DNA from: Penicillus capitatus
Lineage: Eukaryota > Plantae > Chlorophyta
Assembly (NCBI GenBank): GCA_965649825.1
Contig: OZ287698.1
Location: forward strand, 1,503,949-1,567,948
Direction: 5' to 3'
DNA: 64,000 bases
Shown here: piece by piece, positions 50,724-64,000 of the stretch
How positions within the stretch are numbered: position 1 is the first letter of the stretch
Layout: every line of letters begins with the position of its first letter
Notes under the pieces: model-generated
Told to the model about the DNA's origin: nothing
Database searches by the model: none
Seen by the model: only the letters and a program-made list of their open reading frames with translations
Translations under genes and position numbers: made by a program

Positions 50724-53548
50724 ATGGCATTAAAAGGGTTCCCATTTCGCAACCAAGAAACGACGCGTTCGCAGCTCAGTTCTGTCTGGAACTGTTCGTG
50801 CGACGACGCACCGATCCGCGACATCTCGGTTTCTCCACGAGGCGTTGTCGGCGTCGCGACGGACGCAAATGTCTATCTCTATGCGGGAGCCCCGAGTTTC
50901 GGCGCGTCTCATACACTCCCACTTTCGCCGGCGCGTTTAACGGCTCACACGTTCTCAACAGACGGCACGCATTTTCTAACGGGCGACTCGAAAGGATTCG
51001 TGAAATGGTGGGACGTTCATAACGGCGAGCCGAGCATCGTTACGGTGTTTCCCTATGAAAAATACATGCAAGACAGCGCAGAAGAACTCCCTCCCATCTC
51101 GTCTGTCGTCAGCTCGGCACGAAACAATCTTATCGCTGTGGCTGCTGGACAGTAACATCGATAGGCTGATATCGCTGTCTTTCACGGGCGCCTGTGTGTT
51201 AGCACTCTTTGCATCTATGGAGACGACGGGACGCGTCTGCATTCCATTGGACCTCTAGATCACACGATTCAATCCATTCAGTGGAAGAACGCAGATGAAC
51301 TGGCTGTGAACATTGGAACGGCTGTCTGCATGATCCATGTCACGCCACAAAAATACACTCCATGTCAGAAATATCCGAACGAGCTAAAGGATGGATGTCT
51401 CAACATTCTTGCGTGCTCCCCCAAAGGAAACATGTTTTCCGCTGGCTGCACGACTGGACTTGTTCAGATTTGGGATCTGGCATCCGAGAGCAACGATCAG
51501 ATTTCCATTCATATCAAAGGGTTGCCAAACGCCGCTGCAGAAGATGATGCCTCAGTAAGGATCATTATTCGGCATCTCCCTCTCTCCACCTAGCCGACGG
51601 ACAACGTCCCTTCTGTCTGTATCAGGTTCAGTGCTTGGAATGGGATGCCTCTGCTCGTTTCTTAGCGGCAGCAGGTGGCAGTGATGTCATTGTCTGGTAG
51701 GGTCGATGCCTGCCTTCTTCACTCTGTATACGCCAGTCTTGTTTAGGGATATGCAAGACACGAGCGAAAGAGAAGAGGGGAAAGACAACAGTATAGTTTG
51801 TTGTGGTCATGGACAGGAAACCAAAATAACGGCACTGAGTTTTCAACCCAAGGGACATCTTTTGGCCACAGGAGGCAACGACAGTCAAGTGTTCATTTTC
51901 GATTCCAGCACCTTTACGACAAACGGCGTCGTGGGTGGATTGGTGGAAAGCATTGCGAGTGGGAAGCTCAGCCATAACCAGAGCGGAACAGCAATTACTG
52001 CGCTGGCGTGGCATCCTTCTGGACTGATTCTTGCAGGGACCATGACTGGGCAGGTGGATGCGTTTGAAGTATCTGGTGCCATCTATGAGACTCCGAGAGC
52101 AACAAATGGAGGCACTGTCGAAATGCCTTTCCTGATAACCAGAGTCAACACAGGAAGAAGTGCACCTTCTCAGAAGCCCAATGGGTGGGGAGGTGAACCA
52201 CTTGTACCCACAAAACCCGAAGATGCTGCTGCTGAAAAGGTTTGTCCAATGAAGTCTCTTTTGAGAGATAGCATCCTATGCACTTCTGCAATGTCATTCA
52301 TGACACAGGGCTTCATTCGAAGAAGATCAGCAGGGGCGGGTCACACAAACGGAGCACCACGAACTTCTTCCGGAGGAAAGCCAAAACTCTATATGGGTAT
52401 GCACAAACAGCCATATCCAAGACCGCCTTACAATACGGACACCATGGTGCGTTGCGATCGAGAGGTGCTGATATGGGTGTAGACCTTGGTGGTTGGTTGG
52501 TATAGGGAAATGGAGCGGCTGGTCATTGGCCACCTGTAATGCATCCAACAAATATGATGCGATGGCCCGGACCACCTTCTCAGCCAATGCCGCCACCTTT
52601 TCCGCCGCAACAAACTGCCACGACAACACCTCCACCACCCTATGCCGACACACAAGGGAACCCGCCCCATGTTCCTGAAAGTGAGCCATCTTTTCTCAGC
52701 CTTAATCAACCGTACGTGATGGTGGCTGTGATGTGACAGACAATGTAAGTGAAGGGATCGTCAGAGGTGTTCCACCACCCAATATACCTAATCAACACAG
52801 AAACGAACGCCCGCAAAACAGAAACGGACAGCTGGATCAAGGACAACTCATGATGCCCAGCGCTCCCCCTCATCCCTATCCATCCGGCTTCATGCCTTGC
52901 CCATCGCCTTTTCCAATGGGATATCCTATGCCGCCCTACTGTTATCCCTATCAGATGCATCCACAAATGGCTGCAGAAGGTATGCCTGGTGTGTCTGGAT
53001 ACAGCGCGCCGCCATACGTTCGCCCACCGCTTAATCCACCTCCCAAGGTACCCCGTCTACTCGCTGTCCTTATGCATCGGTGGAGAGATGGTGTGCTATC
53101 CTGACAGACACAGCCATCGCGTGATGTTGCAGGCAAGACAGAGATGTCTCAGAAAGAGGGATCGGCAGAGCTCGAGGAGGAACTCGGATCCAAGTCATCT
53201 GAAGCGACCAACAACGGCGTGAACAATAATGTGACACCCTCGCAACACTCAGAGGCCTCAGGTTATTACCCAGATGGCCGACAGAATCAAGGCCAGACAC
53301 TCTATGTTGGCAACCTGGCCCCTGCAGTGGAAGACGGTCTGCTCATGCATCTCTTTGCCCACTATGGACCCGTCGTGAGCGTTCAAGTCATTCGTGAACG
53401 AGAGACTCGAATTTCTCGAGGGTTTGGTTTCGTGACCTTTGCACACCCCTACTACGCTCAGATAGCTATGGATCAGTTGGATAGTGTCCAGATTGCAGGC
53501 CCTTTTGAAGGACGAAAGCTCAAGGTCTCATTTTCCAATCGACGCTGA
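50724..53548 (+). CDS. WD40 propeller + Pro/Gln/Met-rich low-complexity region + C-terminal RRM
   Basis: Seven GT-AG introns keep one frame from WD repeats (FLTGDSKGFVKWWD, LATGGNDSQVFIFD) through PPPFPP-rich exons to RNP2 LYVGNL and RNP1 RGFGFVTF, ending SFSNRR*. Confidence 0.75.
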
Positions 53549-54677
53549 GCCATCTGTCAATCGACATGTCTGCTCTTCATCCTGCACATCATGTACTAGT
53601 CATCTAAGGGGATACACATTCTCATTTGTATAAGGAACGGATGCGGTTGGGTACGGAGATGAGGCTTTGAGACGATGCGTAAGAAGAGACATGGGGCTGC
53701 CTTGACTTTCTGTGCGCTCCGTAGATCGTTATTTTGTTAACCGATGTATGGAATAAAGACAGACGGGGTTGACAATTGGTGTTTCTTTCCATGACTGATT
53801 TTCCTCTCAAAATGAAGAACGGAAGATTCCTGGTAGCTCGTGAAATGAGCCTTGATGTACAATTGTTAGTTTCATATGTGGCTTTGCTCTTTTACCTCCA
53901 GATCTCATCGCTCATCGCAGAGACGGCCAGGGATGCCTTAAAGCCAGTCAGTGTGTTTTGCACCAAGAAACAGATACAAATGAGAATTGGTGTTTATCAT
54001 TGGGACATGTAATTTCCTTACAGACAGGATGAGACGTTCCCGAGACGGTTTGTTATGCCAAACAAGATACTACAACAAATGACGTGCGACATGTTCTCTA
54101 TCTATCTATCCATTTAGATGCATGTGGTGTGCCTGTTTCTGTGATTTGCGAAAGGATCGCCATTCAATGGGTTCTTCCATTTGATTCATAATTGAGTGTC
54201 TGCAACACTGCCAGCAGGACACTGAAGCTGCGTCTGTTTCGACCGAAACGGTTCTTATCCCTGTTCTTATGGAACGAACAGGCAGTGTTGTAACCAAGAC
54301 AGCATTCTTATAAAACACGGACAGTGATTACGTAATGCACAGAGCAACACATTCTCACACATACCGATCGAACACGCCCGACGGACCACAACCACCATCT
54401 TCATTCCTTGATGCCGATGGGAGGAGATTCTGATGCCCTTGCTGGATGGATTCGTGCAAGGACAGCGGGACAGTCTTCGCGGCAATAGAAACGTCTGCCG
54501 AGGATACGTCATAACCGATCGACATCACAGCGCGACTTTGACATTTGACAATGATGATGCTGAAGAAATCGCTTTGGTCGAGATTAACATGACAGACAGG
54601 AGGAGAAACGATCGACTCAGCTTGAAATGGAAAGGCTCCTTTGTGTTCTGGCCTTCATTTGATCACAGGTGAAGAAC

Positions 54678-56240
54678 TCAAGACTCCACGATTCTCTTCA
54701 CGTGCGTTGGTAATCCAGAGTTCTCACTCGACTTCAGCAGAGCTTCGATAACAGCCTGCACAAAAGAGGTTGCCTGTAAAACAGTAGATGGACGGTATGT
54801 CGAGATGACCAGATCCTGGATGCCTTCTTCTGGTCTGGCCTTTCGTGCTCCGACGCTCTCGTCTTGTTTTCCCTGTCAGTGCTCGTTACGAGGTGCTTTC
54901 ACTGGATCGGCAACGTTCGGTATACCTCGTTTGCCAGCTGCACCGATTGGATGAACTGCATGAGTTCGCCATTTGCCCCTGTGAATCTCTCCATCTTGAC
55001 AGATGCGATTTCTTGATTGTGCCGTGTCACGACCAAGTGATATCCGATAGGAAACAGACGTTTGATGTCCATCGTGGCGTCAGTACCGACGACGCTAAGA
55101 TGAAGTCCAGCCTAAAGACGATATCCAAGATGTACACCATAGCAGTTGAGATAAGACACCTGTCCAGCGGCAAAAGTGACAGTGAAAGTGCCCGAGATAC
55201 CATTGGAAAAGCATATCCATGCATTGATGGTATTTACGGGAGGCAGTTTTTGAGAAGCCAGATTCGAAGCTTGGCCAGAAACCGTCTCGATCTCTCCACA
55301 CCCAAGATCTACAGCAACGTCTGCGACGGCAGAGAGCACCCAAGTATGTAGACCTTGTGCCACTAGACGTAGTGCAGCCACCAGGTGAACGCCGCAGTTA
55401 CCCAAAAACCCTCCCGGACACTGTTCAGGATTGCGCCGCCACTCACTCGTGAAGTACCTATTTGAGAACCGACATGCAAATGAAGAAGTAGAGTAGTGGA
55501 GAGAGTCCGTCACTTGTTCTTTTCGTCCATGGGCATACTGACATGCATATGTAGCTGGATCACTTCCCCGATGTGTTCCTTCATAGACTTTGCTTTTGAG
55601 AAGATCTCTTCGAATCTGCACTCGGGTGATGACTTCATTTCCGCATTTCAGAAAGGAGAAGACATCGCCTGTAGTTTTCGGCAATATACCAGAGAGATCT
55701 CGGTCGATCTCGATAATCTCTGAGACAGCCGACTGCTTCATCGACGGTTCTTCCGACCGGTTTTGCCTGGAGAACATGTTTTCCTGCTTTCCAGCATTTT
55801 TGAGACATCTAAATCTTCGCCAGGTGACCACCGCATTCGACGACTCTCAAATTGAGGGAGACCTGTAATGCGACATGTGTTGGGAGAATGTTGATGACAG
55901 CTTCGATAGCTGGATCATCGAGAAGACGTTGAAGGCCTTCCTCCCCAAAGAGCAATGTCACTCCACCACTGCCTTCAAATCTATTGATAAGAACCGCTGT
56001 CTGTCTGCATCGTCCTTAGATTGCGCTCGAAGCGTACGGTGAATGGGCGAGTGTTTCCTCCGCTGTTTTGAGTGTCCGACTCCATAACGCCACGAGGTGG
56101 ATGTCGTCGCTATGACTTCTGGAGTTTGCACGACGTGCAATACGGAGATGCTGATAACAGAACCCATCTCACTTGAGCAGCGGCAAATAGCTCGCTCGGG
56201 CATACGTCCCCGCCCCCAGGAGAGCAATCTTCAATGGCAT
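54678..56240 (-). CDS. Gfo/Idh/MocA oxidoreductase, paralog B (divergent active-site motifs)
   Basis: MPLKIALLGAGTYAR, LDDPAIEAV, GKHVLQAKP, AENYR|FE, GGFLGNCGVH, DLAVIEALLKS; about nine introns, one GC-AG (55616-55668). Confidence 0.85.
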
Positions 56241-56453
56241 TGCGATTCAATATTAGACGTCACAGCAAGATCCACGTGATACGGAGACAGGATTGTCGTG
56301 CCGATCACCACTACAGAAACGGTTAGACGCGACGTCTTTGTGTGGAGTTCAGTGTATCGACGCAATTGATCGACCGTGCATCGAAGCAACGCCGTCTCCG
56401 TCGCCATTGATGACCCAAGGAGCAGTTCATGCGTCTTACTAAAGGAGTTTTTA

Positions 56454-58053
56454 TCAAACATCTACATCAGCTATTTGGATCGTTTGGCGTCGCCACAGCA
56501 ATTGGCTGGCCTGCTTTTTCACCGGATCTCAGCATTGCTTCGACAACAGCCTACACAACAAAGCACAGGAGACATAGAGGAATGCAGATGGAAAAGTGGA
56601 CAACCAGATCACGAAAGCCTTCTTCTGGCTGCGCTCTCTTGGCGCCGTCACTCATGTCATCTTCTCCCTGATTGATCACACAACCGTCTTTCTAGCCATT
56701 CAACGAGGAGATGCATCCAACCTTTTTCGCTAGCTGCACTGAAGAGAGAAACTGCTCAATTTCGGCTTTGACACCAGAGAACTGCGTTTCTTTGATTGTC
56801 TCCACGACACTGTCCGATTGCGTCACAGTTAGTACATAACCGGCAGGAGCAAGACGTCTTATATCCAGCGTCCCCTTAGTGCCCACGACACACAGATGGA
56901 ACTTTGCCTTTGACGAGACCATGTTGCATCGCAGTGTGAGAATCAAGGAGTGTGCACTTGTTGAGCAGCATAGGTCGCGGAAAAGGATGCGCAGATCCCA
57001 CTCGAAAAACACAGCCATCCTGTGGCCGTGTCCATAGCTGGCAATTTCTCTGGAACGAGGTTCGCTGCTCGAGCGGAGACCGTTTCAATTTCCCCACATC
57101 CAAAATCTGTCATCACTCTTTTGCCAAGAAACCATTTACAGCAGAACCGTTTCTCACACCTTTAGCCACGAGTCGCAGTCCTGCAATAAAATGCACCGAC
57201 CCCTCAAGCATAAAGCCACCGGGACAATCGTTCGCATCTCTTCGCCACGTGCTATCAAAATATCTAGACAGAACAGATGACTACAGGGATTCCCTTGTTC
57301 AGTCCTAGACTCTCTCACTTGTTGCGAGCATTCATTGGAACATCAGCTGTCAAACCCATCTTAAGCACCATACCAATCTGATCTTTGACGCTCTTGGCCT
57401 TCAGAAAGATCTCCTCAAATCTGCATCAACCTCGCTTCGTCGGTGATATCCTCAGAGAGTGTTTTCAAGGAATGTGCCTGTAGTTCTCTGCAAACTGCCA
57501 GAGACCGTGCGAGGACGATCTATAGGTATCAAGTGCTCTCCTTGCTTCCTCGGCAGATATTGCGATAGGCTTCTCTTGAAGGACATGTTTTCCAGCTATC
57601 CAACATTTCTCAGATACCTTGCATGCTGTCTTATGGATACCGTTGCCGGCGACAGAAGAGGGGAATACTTGAAGAGAGACATGCGCAGGCAAGACATTGA
57701 CTGCAGCGTCAATGCTGGGATCATCCAGAATCTCTTGCAGACCCGTCTCGCCATGCTTTAGAGTGACATGTACGTCCTCCGCATACCTAGTCCCACAGAT
57801 CACGGATTTCTGAATGACAGATAATGAAGCAAGGCAGACGGGGATGCAGCGAGTGTCTTCTTGGCGGTTTCGAGAGATCGACTCCACAAGGCCACCACCT
57901 CAACACGATCACCGAGGCTCCTGTCCAAGAGTAGCAAAGCAGGAAACAATCGTTTCTGTATGCATCACGTCACATCATCCAATACTTGAGCAGTGGCAAA
58001 TAGGCGTCTCGAGAGAACACTCCTGCTCCCAGCACAGCAATCTTGACAGCCAT
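56454..58053 (-). CDS. Gfo/Idh/MocA oxidoreductase, paralog A
   Basis: MAVKIAVLGAGVFSR, LDDPSIDAA, GKHVLQEKP, AENYR|FE, GGFMLEGSVH, DLAVVEAMLRS; about nine introns, one GC-AG (57421-57477). Confidence 0.87.
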
Positions 58054-58386
58054 GCAACAACACAGACGCGCAGAAATGCGCCGCCCTTGAAGAAATGACG
58101 AATAAGCACAAAACTGTCAACCGTCCGGCAACGTGAGGGGCGGCGTGATAAGCTTCTCAATGTAACAGAGAGGCGTGGTCGAACGGCTCTCAGTTGGGGA
58201 TGTGACGTCGTCGTCACGATCATCACGAGGCGATCTGTTGAAAGGATGGGAAGATTTCCAAGACCGATCTCGTCCGTTTGTGCGTGCGGTGTACGTTCGT
58301 TCGTCCTCCGTCCACAAAAATCGCCTCTTTCATAAATCGACCTGCGTGGCCATTGTCGTTTCCACTCCCTCTCGACGTCCTTTACG

Positions 58387-60746
58387 ATGTCTTTCCTCAC
58401 GAACGTTACCACGTCCGCCTCCTATGTGCCTCTTCGCACGACGGACGCGATCTCTCTCGCAAACGGCGGCGTCACCAAAGCGCGTGTGCGTTTGGCTAAA
58501 CCGTGTTCGCGTATCCCTCGACGATGGACTGTTCGTGCCCAAGAGGCCGTCGTGGCAGATAAAGTCACGCCCGTTGACAACGAACTAGCACTTGAATGCA
58601 TCAACACGATTCGCTTCTTGGCGATCGATGGTGTCGACAAAGCGAATTCGGGTCATCCCGGATTGCCCATGGGTGCCGCACCAATGGGCTTCGTCCTCTA
58701 CAACGAATATCTCCGCTATAACCCAAAGAATCCAAAATGGTTCAACCGCGATCGCTTTGTCCTCTCGGCTGGACACGGATGCATGTTACTCTATTCCTTA
58801 ATGTATCTCACAGGATACGATTCCGTTCAAGTATAGATTTCGCGTGTATACCATGTCTCATGCATGCGCTCGCTCTGTGTGTTTGTGCAGTTGGACGATC
58901 TGAAACAGTTCCGTCAGTGGGACAGTTGCACACCTGGTCATCCGGAGAATTTCGAAACGGAGGGAGTGGAGGTGACGACAGGTATGGATGCGTCTCTAGA
59001 TGACAGAGAAAGAGTTCGGAGGTTGTTCTAGGTCCTTTGGGACAAGGAATCTGCAATGCGGTTGGGTTGGCACTGGCAGAAGCCAATCTTGCAGCCCGAT
59101 TCAACAAACCCGATTGCGATCCCATCGTGGATCACTACACGTGCGACGCTCCACACATGGCTTCTGATGTTCTATGAAGGGAATGATGTGACAGGTATTG
59201 CATTGTGGGAGACGGGTGCAGTATGGAAGGGATTTCGAATGAGGCATGTTCTTTGGCCGGCCATTGGGGATTGGGCAAGCTCATCTGTCTATACGACGAT
59301 AACAACATCTCCATCGATGGCGATACGGAACTCGCATTCACGGAAGATGTCTCCAAGAGATACGAAGCGCTTGGATGGCATGTACAACATGTGGAAGACG
59401 GCAATACAGATCTGCAAGCGTTGAGAAAAGCCATCGATGTGGCAAAGAGCGTCACGGACAAGCCATCGTTCATCAAGGTATCGACGTTGATCGGCTATGG
59501 CTCTCCGAACAAGGCAAACAGTCACGATGCTCACGGTGCTCCTCTTGGAGCAGAGGAGACCGCTGCAACAAGGGAGAATCTGAAATGGCCGCATGGACTG
59601 TTCGAAGTCCCGGACAGAGCAATGAGTGTTTTCAGAACGGCTGTGGATCGAGGTGCAAATGCAGAAGCTGCTTGGAAGTCAACATGCGAGAAATATGCTG
59701 CTAAATACCCCGAAGAGTATGCAGAATTGATGTCCATTGCCGAGGGAAAACTTCCAGGCGGATGGGAGAAAGCACTGCCAAGCTTCACACCTGAAGACAA
59801 GGGCGTCGCTACTCGCGTGCATTCGCAGACAATGCTCAACGCATTGGCCCCTGTGCTTCCAGGTCTCATCGGTGGATCTGCTGATCTGGCACCGTCCAAC
59901 TTGACACTGCTGAAGATGTTTGGTGACTTCCAGAAGGACTCCCCTGCAGAGAGGAACGTCCGCTTTGGTGTTCGCGAACATGGCATGGGTGCCATCAGCA
60001 ACGGCATCTGCCTGCATTCCCCTGGCCTCGTTCCATACTGTGCGACGTTTTTCATTTTCACAGACTACATGCGTGCAGCGATGCGCATGTCTGCCTTGTC
60101 TCAAGCTGGAGTGATCTATGTCATGACGCACGACTCGATTGGACTGGGAGAGGATGGACCGACGCATCAACCCGTTGAACATCTCGCATCCTTCCGTGCT
60201 ATGCCAAACATTCTGATGACCCGACCTTGTGGCGGAAACGAAACAGCTGGGTGCTACAGAATCGGCGTCGTGAACAGAAAGAGGCCGACAGTCATTGCCC
60301 TCTCCAGACAAGGAATGCCCAATCTCGCTGGCACCGACGCAGAAAAGGTGGCAAAAGGAGGATACGTCGTATCCGACGGCAGCGGAAATCCTGACGTCAT
60401 TCTGATGGGAACAGGATCCGAGTTGTCGACAGCCAGTGCTGCTGCCGATCAGCTGAAGAAAGAGGGCAAGAATGTGAGGGTCGTGTCGATGGTCTGTTGG
60501 GAATTGTTTGAAGAACAAGACGCCGCTTACAAGAGCTCTGTTCTGCCAGAGAACGTCACCGCACGAGTGGCCGTCGAGGCTGGAGCTAAGTTGGGATGGG
60601 AACGATACATTGGAAGCAAGGGCGAGTTTGTGGGTGTTGGAGATACCAGGTTTGGAGCATCGGCCCCAGGACCCACTCTTTTCGAGAAATACGGTATCAC
60701 GCCAGAAAACATTGTGGCTGCGGCCAAGAGAACGATGGCAGCATAG
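58387..60746 (+). CDS. TKL: Plastid transketolase
   Basis: Transit peptide, [55 protein letters not shown]; three GT-AG introns. Confidence 0.97.
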
Positions 60747-60851
60747 AAATGCGATTCTTTATCATTAAGATGGATGTTTAGATTGTTTGATGCCGTCCGT
60801 CATCATTGTCTATTTTTTGAAGATATCTGTCTTGAAACATTCTTACAGGAT

Positions 60852-62713
60852 TTACAACCATGCCTCGTGTTGGTGCCTTATGTTTCGCATCGCCTTCCAC
60901 ACAACACTGTTGCACTTGAATCCGCTTCCATACGAAATCTGCCAGATGCGATCTCCCTTGCGTATACCCTGGTGTTGGCTCTCCACATATCCTAGTACAT
61001 ACCAGACGGAGGACGACGAGGTATTGCCGAATCGCTCGAGTGTTGCTTTGCTCGGTCGAATGAGAGTGGAAGTCAGTTTGAGCTGCTTCTCGATCTCTTC
61101 TATAATGCCTTTGCCTCCAGGATGGATGCAGAAATGATCGAATGCGGATTTGAAACTGGGAATATACTCTTTCATCTTTCTCCTGAACACCTTGCGCAGA
61201 ACAAAGTTCACGAAGAACTTGACGTGTTCGTGCACCGGCATCACCACTGGTGCCAGAGTCGTGATGTTTGCCTAGAGGCGGCTCAAGACGATGAGAGGAA
61301 TGGGAAATGGACGAAGGAGAGGCACACCTTCAGCGCCTCTCCTGCGATGGCCATGAGTTCTTTGGACAGTCGAATGCCCACTTGATGCTCTTCGTCTTCC
61401 ATCTGATACATGCAAGTGAAGGCGGAATCTGTGGCACCGTTGTGTGTTCGAACAACGTGCATCAGCTGATACTTTGCTCTCCAGTAATCTCGTGTCTTGT
61501 TTGAGAGCACGATGGCGGCGCCTCCGAGACGGAAGAGGCAGTTGGCAATGAGCATCGATCGACTGTTGCCAAGATGCCAGTTCTGTGTGATGTTCTCCGT
61601 TGAGAAGACCAATGCTCTGGCCGATGGCGTCAACTGCAGCAGTTGACGTGCCAAATCGACAGCGATCAGTCCTGCTGAACATCCCATCCCTGACAGATTG
61701 TAGACCATGATGTCTGATCGCATTTTAAAATGATTGATGATCATCGATGCTAAGGAAGGGGTTGGACTGAAAAGACTACAGTTGACGACGAGGATGTCAA
61801 TGGCATCTGGTGCCAGGTTCAATCTCTTCAACAGCCTGTCGATCGTTGCGAACATTACGGCAGCCGCTTCTTCTCGTGAAGACTGCATGGTAACCACGAA
61901 AGTAGGACTGCAGATTCCTACACATGCCAATGGTGAGCACCTTCCTCGATGGTCATGGAGACCTGCCTGCTGGGAGATAGGTCTCGTGTCCAAGGCCCGA
62001 CTTCGCAATGACTCTCTCTTGAAAAGCAATGGACTCTTTGCTGTACTTCTAGAGATAGAGGACATCACCGGGCCTTACAGAGTGAGTGGGTCAGAGGAAT
62101 ACCCCGGACGAACGGATGTTCTCGACGAACTTTTGATGCGTCACCTTATGGCTATTGAACACCAGAGATCGCAGAAGAGTGAGCATGAGGAAAAGATGTA
62201 CGCGTCTGGTGGCTTGTAGAGTTCAAACTCGACGAGGTAAACTGGCCGGTTCAGTTGGAACACGTATGACGCCGCCACAAACACCAGCATCAATGCACAC
62301 ATGCTGAATGTGACCTTGATGGATACACACATACCATCAGCCGAAGTAACAAGGATGTCATAAGACAGAGGGAATACCAGGTTGATTTTGAGATCTGTAT
62401 GGTGCGCCGTTTGCCATATTTGTGTGATGTGACCCTCGCTAAACAACTTCCACAGTTCCAACTGTCGGCATCGCTAGAATCAAGCTAAGAGGGTGACGAT
62501 ATGGGCTTGACTGTGAGAAATGCGGCAAGCGGGACAAGGAGGAAGGTCATCGCATGGCGACATAGTAATTTGTATCCGGCCGTTACGTACTTCCACCCAA
62601 CATGCTGGCGATAGTCTGGACATACAGAATTCTATTATTTAAAACGCAGATAACGGACCTATGAAATCGGGTGACCCCGGAGAAGGAACTCCACGATTGC
62701 GTCCCGTCGCCAT
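60852..62713 (-). CDS. KCS: 3-ketoacyl-CoA synthase (FAE1/KCS, very-long-chain fatty acid elongase condensing enzyme)
   Basis: KSGLGHETYLP, VVNCSLFSPTPSL, NLSGMGCSAG (catalytic Cys), STENIT, FCIHPGG, FGNTSSSS, GSGFKCNS; about seven introns, one GC-AG (61918-61966). Confidence 0.95.
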
Positions 62714-62881
62714 GTTGGATATCGTCAGATCAATCGCTCAGCCGTGAAGTTGGCGGGTAACCTCACGACGCCGTACAGGAAGCGATTACGTAATGGTCAC
62801 TAAATGAAACGTGAATCGACCGTGTTCTTAACTCGCAGATGGCTCAATGATTCTCGTGTGTATCGACGACTCGCAGCGAAG
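62714..62881. promoter_or_regulatory. Putative bidirectional promoter (168 bp) between KCS and ABCG
   Basis: Inferred ATGs at 62713 (-) and 62882 (+). Positional inference only. Confidence 0.45.
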
Positions 62882-64000
62882 ATGCAATCATCTTCGAAGC
62901 AAGGGGAGAGCATGGACGAGAAGCCTCCTGTCGATATCGAATACCGCAACCTCAGTTTTAGAGTCGTATCCAAGGACGAAGAGGATGGCGTCTTCTATAT
63001 CTTGAAAAATTTGAACGGGACCTGTCGAAGTGGACGATTGCACGCTATCTTGGGGCCCTCTGGAGCCGGGAAGACGACATTGGTATTGACACTTCGTCGC
63101 GGGCGATGTAACACGTGTCATTTTTAGTTGGACACTCTGGCCGGAAATATCTTTGGCGGCCGCCTCGAGGGGCAGATCTTCGTCAATGGCGTCGAGACGA
63201 CGTTCAAAGCGATGGCCAAGCTCAGTTGCTACGTCATGCAGCATCCCATCCTACTGTCTACTGCAACGGCAAGAATAACGATCCATCTGTGGACCTTATG
63301 CAAACACCCGTTTCCTGACCGATAGGTCAAGGAAGCGCTGATGACCAACGCCCTTCTGCGTTTGTCGAGATCTGTTCCCAGAATTCAGAAGGAGAAACTG
63401 GTGACAGATATCATCGACGAACTGGCGAGTCTATTTCTACAGAAGATGAAAACTATTGGTGTTGGATGCAGGGGTTAACGGAGTGTGCGAATGTGCTGGT
63501 TGGCAGTGAGAAGGATGACATCAAAGGGATCAGTGGTGGACAGATACGCAGACTGGCCATCGGACTGGAACTGGTCACGCGACCCAGTGTCATCGTCTTG
63601 GACGAGCCAACGAGTGGATTGGACAGCGAGATTGCCCTGACGACGATGCTCACACTCAAATCACTGGCCGAAAATCGCCGAACGGTGGATAACAGATCAC
63701 AGCGGCATTTGTGGCAAGTCATGTGTATGCAGGTGGTCTGCAGCATTCATCAGCCAAACTCTGACATTGTGGATACCTTTGATGATATTCACCTCATGGC
63801 ACAGGGACGGAGTGTGTATCTGGGTCCTTGGTCCCAGGCTGTCGGTTTCTTTGTCAAGGCCGGATTCGAGTGAGCCATGCTTGAATGTTCATGGCCCTTT
63901 ACATGTGTCCCGTCACAGATGTCCGACCTACAAGAATCCCACCGACTACTTCATGACTGTCATAAAGCAGAAAGAGAATGCAAAGATGATTGCCGATCAG
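62882..64000 (+). CDS. ABCG (White/WBC-type) transporter, N-terminal NBD, truncated by the window end
   Basis: GPSGAGKTT, ISGGQIRR, LDEPTSGLD, CSIHQP, CPTYKNPTDYF; five introns placed, two GC-AG (63269-63325, 63425-63471). Confidence 0.93.

Noticed and set aside
54678-58053. One fused double-domain oxidoreductase
   Set aside because: Paralog A has its own stop (56454) and paralog B its own ATG and Rossmann start (56240).
59531-60518. Antisense ORFs (176 and 279 aa) over transketolase, and similar shadows over other genes
   Set aside because: Typical antisense shadows of GC-rich coding sequence.

Overview
Eukaryotic nuclear DNA: gene-dense, standard genetic code, with many very short (about 40-80 nt) spliceosomal introns. 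Plastid-targeted transketolase and TatA/Tha4, a KCS and a WAT1-like EamA point to a green alga (inference; the lineage cannot be fixed from sequence alone). About 30 protein-coding genes can be assembled by hand-splicing the ORF track. From about 20 kb onward the window is compact core-type sequence: FIRRM-like, EamA, DEAD-box, Rab1, two 14-3-3, GH17, ICE2-like, GIY-YIG-like, USP, TatA, WD40-RRM, two Gfo/Idh/MocA, transketolase, KCS and ABCG. The 4-20 kb part looks more accessory: a ~2080-aa NLR-like NACHT-HEAT protein, an intronless beta-propeller lectin-like gene split at a G9 run, an intronless MFS, and small repeat arrays. Main signals: (1) the NACHT protein carries eight near-identical 111-bp/37-aa HEAT units whose differences cluster in a short, shuffled, mostly non-synonymous block, suggesting a diversifying immune-type receptor; (2) about 10 of roughly 90 hand-placed introns are GC-AG; (3) KCS and ABCG sit head-to-head across 168 bp. 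No rRNA, tRNA, CRISPR or clear transposon was found. All gene models are manual and unvalidated by transcripts or database searches.
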